Positions 55,591 through 64,000 of a stretch of 64,000 bases of DNA are shown piece by piece (the stretch's first letter is position 1; every line of letters starts with the position of its first letter). This DNA is from Eledone cirrhosa (Eukaryota). Location of the stretch: contig OZ024741.1 of assembly GCA_964016885.1 (NCBI GenBank), positions 379,440,001-379,504,000 on the forward strand, read 5' to 3'. Both the position numbers and the translations under genes were made by a program. A model generated the notes under the pieces. That model saw only the letters and a list, made by a program, of their open reading frames with translations, was not told the DNA's origin and searched no databases.

Positions 55591-57648
55591 TTATCTCCTT
55601 TACATAATGTTTTCTATATCTATATATGATTCATATATATTTAATTTACATTCTATTATCTCTACCTCATATATCTATACTATATACTTTATATTATTAC
55701 ACCTATCGATGGATTATAAAATTGTTTCATATGACTGCTTGAAACTCCTTTAAGAAAAATATTTCTTGGAAAACTTACGGAAGGTTATAGGAAAACATTT
55801 TTAGAAAGCTCCTTTGAAAGATATAGAAAAACAATTATTTTCATACCTTCCAATATTTTTATATCTTCAAACATTTTTAGTATATATATCCAAATGTTTA
55901 TATATATATGTGGAAAAACATGATTTTTATATATAGGTTTTTTTATATATATGTCGAATAACCTATGGTTTATGTTTTAAATATATTCTTAATATAATTT
56001 TTTTTTAATTTTTTTTTATAGCAAGTGAATTTGTGACTACGTATAACATAACATATGGTTCATGTTTTAATTATATTCTTAAGATAAACAGATTTTTAAC
56101 TTTTTAACTTTATAACATCTAATCCTTTGAGTCATCTGAGATCTTAAAAAATCCCTTCTAACTTCCTTTACACTTCCTTACTGTTTTTATAATATAATTA
56201 AGTGGTTATTCCTTTGTAAACCCTCGTAAATTTTTCATAAATTTAGAATTATTTGGATATTTAAATTTTGACTTACAACTTTTAATAAAATAAACCATAC
56301 TAGATTTTCTCTAATGTAAAATACTATATATTTATTTAAATAATTTATAATCCTAATCATACACATTTAAACCAATATATTATTACTAATACATCTTAAT
56401 ATAATATAATTATTAATATTGAATTATTAAATTAAATCTTTAATATTAAGGCACATTTTAATCTTTAATTTTAATTTCTAATTTTAAATTTTAATCTAAT
56501 TGTTCAACCTATCATTATAAGTATTGTAATCAAAACGTAATGAACCCTGCATTATAAATATTATTCTTCCACGTTAATCTTAATATCTTCTCTCACTTAG
56601 ATATAGTTACGCTGTGTCTACTTCTCCTTTGAAACTTATTTCGTCATTCACTCTATCTTCACTATCAATATGTATAATCGTTCTTTCTTTCCTCTTCTAT
56701 TTTTCTCCTTTCTTTTTTCTCTTTTTCTTTTTTTCTCTCTCCCTTACATATCATCTTCTTCCAACAGTTTAATTTAACTAAATCGTTAACTGTTCAACCT
56801 TGCGGACACTCATTTGCATACTCACCCATAACTTTGTATTACCTTCAATAAATGTACTATCTCGTACTATCTGCGTTCTCATCAGATAAAATAGGGATAC
56901 ATGATGTGATGCTTAAAAAACACTTGTGAATAGTGAAGTTTTAAATCAACATATGACAAATAAATTAAGATTGATGTATGAGATAGGGAAAAAAGTGAGG
57001 GGGTGGAAAAGGTAAGGAAGAGGAAGGGATGAAAGTAAAGAATGGAGAAGGATGAAAAGCATGATTTCATCTCAGAACGTAAGGACTACGCATAAATACC
57101 GTAAACCATTTTTAGCTAAGACTGTACAGTTTCTGTCAACCAATCAGCCTAATTGATACAGCAAATAATACTGCCGCTAATAAAACGATGTGTCATATAT
57201 CACATGAGGTTCTGCTTGAGAAACTGATTCCAGATATTATAAAGTCGAGTTTAGTCGAAAAGTTACAAAATCTAAAATGCAAATATGTTTGTAAATTTTC
57301 TTACGACTACCTGTCACATTCATTAACAGAATATTATTAACCATATACCCATTCGTTACATTTGTTCCATAGAATAAGTAACTTTCATCATCAATAAAAT
57401 ATCTATCTATGCTTGCCCGAATTAACTTGCAACTATCATATAAAAGTTAATGATTGTTGCTTACCAAGATGTTGTACGTACTCTCATGTATATATGAATA
57501 TAGCAAGGTTAAGGCGCAACAATAGTGTTCGCCGTATTTATAATAACTTTTGAGTAAGAGCATTCATCCATACACTTCCTAATACGCATAAAAACAGAGT
57601 CACAAACTTATTTCTTATAAGGGTTTGGATAAATAAGCAATGACATAT

Positions 57649-57742
<94 letters not shown>

Positions 57743-57784
57743 GATATTAAACAAATGGAAACTATATTTATAAAACCATATTTA

Positions 57785-57846
57785 TTTCGTTATATATATT
57801 TCTGGGATATCATATTAAAAATATGGTATGCCTTCCTCAGACAAAA
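57785..57846 (-). ncRNA. Type I HHR (left arm)
   Basis: Reverse complement of 58906-58967. Confidence 0.72.
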
Positions 57847-58905
57847 TAGAATATATAAGCTGTTTTATAAATAATTTTGACATACCTTATAATAATGCAA
57901 CTTCCATTTAAAAAGTTGATTTGGTAGTGAAATTGTTAGGACAGGTATATAGAAGGAAAGACAGACGAAGAAAAACGAAGATGAAAAAAAAAAAAAAAAA
58001 AGAAGATGAAGAGATGTATGTAAATAAAAAAGAAGAAGAAGATGAAGAGATGTATGTAAAGAAAAACAACAGAGCGAGACAGAGAGAGAAGGAGATATGG
58101 GAGAGAGAAATACATTGAGGAAGTGAAAAAATATAGTAGGCAGCTTGTGGACAGATGATCATCGTATATGTGAGAGGTTAAGGAGGGAAGGGATACAGTT
58201 AAAATAGCCGACACATAAATCACGTCCAGTGTAGAGAAGAAAAAGAAGGAAAGATGATATATTTAAAATATATTAAAAATATATTATGTCTCATCCATTC
58301 GAATCATCAATTTCTATGAATTAGGTATTATAATGTAAACATCAGCATTCATGAATGAGACACATATCCATAATGTGTGAAAAAATGACCCCATGCCTAG
58401 TTTAAAAATTCTTAGGTCTATAAGCAAAATCCGAGATAAAACTTCAAACAAGTATATTTAATATATTTTTAATATATTTTAAATATATCATCTTTCTTTC
58501 TTTTTCTCCTCTACACTGGACGTGATTTATGTGTCGGCTATTTTAACTGTATCCCTTCCCTCCTTAACCTCTCACATATACGATGATCATCTGTCCAGAA
58601 GCTGCCTACTATACTTTTTCACTTCCTCGGTGTATTTCTCTCTCCCATATCTCCTTCTCTCTCTGTCTCGCTCTGTTGTTTTTCTTTACATACATCTCTT
58701 CATCTTCTTCTTCTTTTTTATTTACATACATCTCTTCATCTTCTTCTTCTTTTTTTTTTTTTTTTTTTCATCTTCGTTTTTCTTCGTCAGTCTTTCCTTC
58801 TATATAACTGTCCTAACAGTTTCACTACCAAATCAACTTTTTAAATGAAAGTTGCATTATTATAAGTTATGTCAAAATTATTTATAAAACAGCTTATATA
58901 TTGTA

Positions 58906-58967
58906 TTTTGTCTGAGGAAGGCATACCATATTTTTAATATGATATCCCAGAAATATATATAACGAAA
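58906..58967 (+). ncRNA. Type I HHR
   Basis: UUUUGU-CUGAGGA-..CAUAUU(UUU)AAUAUG..-GAAA-UAUAUA-UA^ACGAAA, then AAUAAA. Confidence 0.72.
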
Positions 58968-59100
58968 TAAATATGGTTTTATAAATATAGTTTCCATTTG
59001 TTTAATATCGTAAACCTACTCCAAAAACTGTTGAGTGCTTTTATATCAGTTATAAAATATTTACTCGTTGTAATCCAACAATTTTAAATAAAACTTTTGC

Positions 59101-59132
<32 letters not shown>

Positions 59133-59168
59133 GTATACATATATATGTATATATATATATATATATAA

Positions 59169-59225
<57 letters not shown>

Positions 59226-59226
59226 A

Positions 59227-59437
59227 GGCGTGTGGCTAGAGTGGTTAGAGAACTGGATTCACAATCGTGAGGTTGTGAGTTCGATTCCTGAAACGGGCGA
59301 TGCGTTATGTCCTTGAGCAAGACACTTTATTTCACGTTGCTCCTTCTAACTGGAGTTGCGACCGATAGATAGTATTAGCAATTGGAAAGACCAATGGAAA
59401 CACTGTTTCCTCGGTCCGATTTGACGAAATTCGATCG
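59227..59437 (+). mobile_element. SINE family 2 with extended tail
   Basis: TGGCTAGAGTGGTT (A box), GAGTTCGATTCC (B box), GTCCTTGAGCAAGACACTTTATTTCACGTTGCTCC core. Confidence 0.8.
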
Positions 59438-59450
59438 TTAGGAAATTTAA

Positions 59451-59489
<39 letters not shown>

Positions 59490-59492
<3 letters not shown>

Positions 59493-60504
59493 AATGTACA
59501 CGTACATACATATATGTATACAGACGTACAGTAGTATGTATATATATATACATACATGCATATATATATATGTACGTATGGATTTACCGAGCATTTATTA
59601 TAATGCTCGGTTTGTTTGTAAACAAACATCCCGAATTGAGCTGTACAGTGTTTAGCAACCATCGTTGCCCTTTTGTTCAAGACTGACAAAGGAACGATGT
59701 ACTAGTTTCAAGCTTATTAGCTATCGTCAGCACCGTATACCTTCCTGCCAGATAGTTGAACGTCTGAAAGTATATACTTTCCTTATGTCAGTGTTGAGCA
59801 GTATATACTTTCCTTATTGTCAGTTTTGAACAAAAGGGCAATGATGGTTGCTAAACTCTGTACGGCTTAATTCGGGATGATTGTTTACAAACAAACCGAG
59901 CGTTATAATAAATGCTCGGTAAATCCATACGTACATATATATATGTGTCCATGTATGTATATATATATATATACATACTACTGTACGTCTGTATACATAT
60001 ATGTGTGTGCATGTACATACATATATTTTAGTAAATGCCGTAGTAAGTGTGAGAAATTAAATTTCGTTTCATTTTTTTTCATTTATCCCTTTCGGTGAGA
60101 CCGGCCGATTAACTCACTCGATATGCAAATTAGGCTGCTCAGCCGTTAATATGCATAAGGAAAGTATATACTTTCAGACGTTCAACCATCTGGCAGGAAG
60201 GTATACGGTGCTGATGATAGCTAATACATTTCAAACTAGTACATCGTTCCTTTGTCAGTGTTGAACAAAAGGGCAACGATGGTTGCTAAACACTGTACGG
60301 CTTAATTCAGGATGTTTCTTTACAAACAAACCGAGCATTATAACAAATGCTCGGTAAATCCATACGTATATATATATATATATAGGTGTGTGTGCATGCA
60401 TGTATATATATAGACATACTACTGTACGTCTGTATACATATATGTATGTATGTATACATACTTATATTTAAGTAACAGCTGTACTAAGAGTGTGAAATGA
60501 AATA

Positions 60505-60505
<1 letters not shown>
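59490..60505. mobile_element. HHR-bearing ~435-bp unit: one inverted partial copy plus ~1.6 direct copies
   Basis: TTGAACAAAAGGGCAA at 59826 and 60261; inverted copy at 59490-59785. Confidence 0.75.
59695..59735 (-). ncRNA. Minimal type I HHR
   Basis: CGGUG-CUGACGA-uAGCU(AAUA)AGCUu-GAAA-CUAG-UA^CAUCG; palindromic stem III ACUAGU; degenerate copy 60206-60246(+). Confidence 0.8.
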
Positions 60506-60584
<79 letters not shown>

Positions 60585-60701
60585 AACGAGTAGGACCCCG
60601 ACAGCTGAGCTCAAGCCGTCCCGACGTCTAATTCTGGACTAAATATATATAGCAGTAATAAACGGAGCCTAATTTTAAAGATTTGACTTTTTATTTTACT
60701 T

Positions 60702-60786
<85 letters not shown>

Positions 60787-60793
<7 letters not shown>

Positions 60794-61150
60794 GTGAGGG
60801 TTTTTTTACGAAATGAAAAATAACTGAAGTGTCCTACACGAGTGAAAGTATAACGATAAAAGATGAAATAGAAAATGCAACAGAAGTCTTATTTTTTTTC
60901 AAAATATATATATTTATTTGGTTCCTTTACCGGTTTCTCAGTTCTTCTGCTTTTCAAAAGTAGAGTTGAGATGGAGGGTCTGTGGTTTTTCTCACATCTC
61001 AGCTGATGTGAGAAAAACCACAGACCCTCATCTCAAATCTACTTTTGAAAAGCAGAACAACTGCGAAACCGGTAAAGGAACCAACAATTATATATATTTT
61101 TTAAAAAAATAAGACTCCAGTTGCATTTTCGAATTCATCTTTTTTTGTTT
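60787..61150. mobile_element. Fold-back of the pLTR terminus of the 37735-40737 PLE family
   Basis: Inverted arms about 61002; U3-A8 HHRs at 60925-60960(-) and 61042-61077(+). Confidence 0.82.
61042..61077 (+). ncRNA. Minimal HHR, U3-A8 variant
   Basis: CUU-UUGAAAA-GCAG(AACAA)CUGC-GAAA-CCGG-UA^AAG. Confidence 0.7.
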
Positions 61151-61206
61151 ATATATATATATATATATATGTATATTCCTTTTTACCCAATCTACCATCC
61201 TAAGGA

Positions 61207-61380
61207 TTGAGTACTTTGGTGCGTTATGGTCCATCTGGTTCCTTACCACACATCCTTCGTTATATATCCTTGAGCTCTGCCGTCGGGGTCATACTTGTTC
61301 CTATTACCCTCTCTACTATACTAAGTATTGAGTACTTTGGTGCTTTGTGGTCCATATGGTTCCTTACCACATTTCCTTCG

Positions 61381-61381
<1 letters not shown>
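61207..61381 (+). mobile_element. Two tandem family A termini
   Basis: ATTGAGTACTTTGGTGC..GGTTCCTTACCACA..TCCTTCGT present twice; another fragment at 60582-60642(-). Confidence 0.75.
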
Positions 61382-61455
<74 letters not shown>

Positions 61456-62651
61456 CATATATACATATATTTAAATACTTGTATATATATATATATACAT
61501 ATATTTAAATACTTGTATATCTCTCTCAAAATGTAAAATGTAGCAAATATCTATTCATTGATGTCAACCAATAACAACAAATGTATTTATACTGCGTAGA
61601 TCTAAATAATGATGTATGCTGTACCGACAAACGTAAAAAGTCCATTTTGATGTAACAACAAGGCGAAAAGGAAAATCTATTTAAGAGAACACCCTACAGC
61701 TTGACAAGAAATAACTTGTCATACTAATACGTTTAATCTTACAGAATCTTACATACGTAACTATATATTGCTATTAAAAAAAACATGCTGGAGTTGAACA
61801 AAACTTAATTTTCCTTAAAGCGTTACTTTATTTTTTATTATCAATATAAGCTGAATTATTCGATGTTAAGAAAGGAAAAATCTCTAGTAAACTCATATAA
61901 TTCACCAGAGGCAGATATATGAAAAAATGTATTCTTAAATACGAAACACACCTTTCACTTTCTGTTTTTATTTCCTGCAGTCAAAATCTCGCTATTTATG
62001 ACAATTCTCTAAGCCGAGGCATTTTAAAGAACATAATGAAAAGTTTTATTATCTTGTGATTCTTGCTTCAATAATTCTTCTTGTATAAAATATTTGTTCG
62101 CGGTTAATTTCGTATACAGCATAAATATGTTGCTGGTGGCAATTCATATTCACCAATGAACAGTTACTTTTGCGGCATTGCAAAAGTTGTAACTTTTCGA
62201 GTTTTACAGACAACATTTCAAACTGTCTCATATTCAGTAATGAAATATCTATATACTTAGTCCAGATCTCTGAATCTTTGAAACACAGGTGTCGGTGTTC
62301 TTCCAGAGTGAAGGTGGTTTAGGGGATTCAGCTAACTAACGTTCCTCAACATTGCAGGTTACTACTCTCGAAATACTGTCCTCAATGTGTTCGTAAACAT
62401 CGCTTAAAAAAATATGGCCTCCAATCGCAGCTCTCACACGCTACATCGGGCCTAATGGACGCCAAAAATGTTCATCGCATCATCAATCTCCCATTTCCAA
62501 GGAATAAATGTCTGATATCATAACTAAGGCAGTGTATCGTACGAACCATTCTCTTGTGGAAAACAAACTCACACATACATACACACTTACACAAGCATAT
62601 GCACACATACACAAAATGTGTGTGTATATACATATATATATATATATATAT

Positions 62652-63248
62652 CCAAAATTAAATTAAATTAAGGGTCATGTCCGAGACATGCGCCATATCC
62701 ACCGTTGAATAAGCTCAAAGATTCCAATGAATAGATTCGGGCATTTTATATCAACTAGAAATGATTGACATATATATATTTAAAATAAACTCATGAAACA
62801 ATCACAGGTGATAATTTGTAAAGTGCGTAAGCACACACAGCTAGGTAGGTAACTAATTAAAGTTTAACAAAAACTTCAGATATTACCTTTTAAAAATGAT
62901 TAATCTTCCTTGTAAATATTTCATTAAAGAAATATATTTCACAATTAATCCGCAAACTGACAGTAATCAAATTACGAATCTTTAGCAAGGGAGAAGATTT
63001 AACTTGTTGTGTTTACATATCCAATGCAAATTGCGAATGACCTGTCGCACGTGTTGCATTTTTAAAACTACACACATCGTGCCAGCGTCAATGGGGTTAT
63101 CGACAGCTAGAAATAGCAGCCGAGTCCTTTCAAATGACAATTAATGGGCCGTGTATATATCCAAAATTAAATTGGAATCTTTTAGCTTATTCTACGGTGG
63201 ATATGGCGCATGTCTCGGACATGACCCTTAATTTAATTTAATTTGGGA
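62652..63248. repeat. ~75-bp inverted repeats around a ~445-bp spacer
   Basis: AATTAAGGGTCATGTCCGAGACATGCGCCATATCCACCG (62652-62728) and its reverse complement (63174-63248). Confidence 0.8.
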
Positions 63249-64000
63249 CAGTTTGAAGGCTTCTGCGATGACGTGTCTGGACTGTTTGACGTTATTGGGC
63301 TGCTGTTTGTACCCAAGAAGTAGCGGCTATTTATAGACAGCTCCACCACAAGTTTGAAGGCTGTCCTACTCCACAATGATAACAAGTTCCCAACACTGCC
63401 ACTAGCTCATTCCGTCTGTCTGAAGTAAGATTACTGCAGTGTGAAAGTCCTCTTGGAAGCTCTGCAATACAACCAGTACGATTGGGAAATCATTGGAGAC
63501 TTCACGATGGTGGCTTTCCTGCTTGGACACCAAGGAGGCTTTATAAAATTCCTATGCTTCCTCTACCTTTGTGACAGCAGAGCTACTTCTGACCACTATA
63601 AAAGAAAGAACTGGGAGCAGCGAACAGAATTTGTAGTTGGGACCCGGAACGGCATGTGGGTGCCACTGGTTGATCCCATGATTGTGCTCATGCCGCCACT
63701 GCACATTAAGTTGGATTTGATGAAGCAGTTTGTGAAGGCTCTCAACCAAGAATCAGCCACTTTTACGTACCTTCTTGAGTTCTTCCCCAGTTATCTGAGG
63801 CCAAAATCAAAGGTGGAATTTTTGTAGGACCTCAGATAAAGAAGGTGTTTGAGTCAACCGAGTTCTTCAATAAGCTCAATAGGATTGAGAGAACATCGTG
63901 GAACTGTTTCAGCGCAGTTCTTAAGGACGTCCTGGGCAACTAGAGAGCTGAAAACTACCAGCAACTGGTGCAGGATCTGTTAAAAGCTTTTGGCGCCATG
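63248..64000 (+). pseudogene. Chapaev3-like (CMC superfamily) DNA transposase fragment with stops
   Basis: RLFIDSSTTSLKAVLLHNDN..LAHS..WEIIGDF..LLGHQGGFIKFLCFL..DSRA..MPPLHIKLDLMKQFVKAL; runs off the window end. Confidence 0.78.

Larger units (their letters stand above)
57741..59011. mobile_element. Fold-back element: ~550-bp inverted arms, ~170-bp spacer, HHR in each arm
   Basis: 57741-58286 versus 58460-59011, highly similar. Confidence 0.9.

Noticed and set aside
56850-56960. Inverted diverged copy of the 52284-52355 terminus
   Set aside because: Real repeat fragment, but only the CUGAUGA half is present; not counted as a ribozyme
57908-58848. Paired ORFs on both strands
   Set aside because: Low-complexity purine/pyrimidine tracts duplicated by the inverted repeat
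59227-59300. tRNA gene
   Set aside because: A/B boxes present but no convincing cloverleaf; continues into a SINE body seen in several copies

Overview
AT-rich eukaryotic (metazoan) DNA dense in (TA)n/(CA)n microsatellites; the tRNA-derived SINEs and composition resemble an octopus/cephalopod genome (inference). No intact host gene is supported, and most listed ORFs are microsatellite artefacts. The window is a patchwork of decayed mobile DNA: Penelope-like retroelements (PLEs) of about three types (CxCx5C-linker/GIY-YIG, a second C-terminal GIY-YIG type, and a divergent RT), a CR1-group LINE, RTE fragments, Helitrons, Chapaev3-like transposase remnants and SINEs. The main signal is at RNA level: about 30 type I hammerhead ribozyme (HHR) motifs from about 14 sequence families, read by eye. 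Most have a palindromic stem III and sit near element 3' ends, often before AATAAA and a (TA)n tract. They include a near-perfect ~4.2-copy tandem array of a non-coding ~555-bp unit with one HHR per unit (31949-34268; retrozyme/circular-RNA-like), other HHR tandem units (~1.35 kb and ~440-460 bp), recurrent non-canonical HHR cores and many fold-back inverted repeats. All folds and family assignments are manual and need computational and experimental confirmation.
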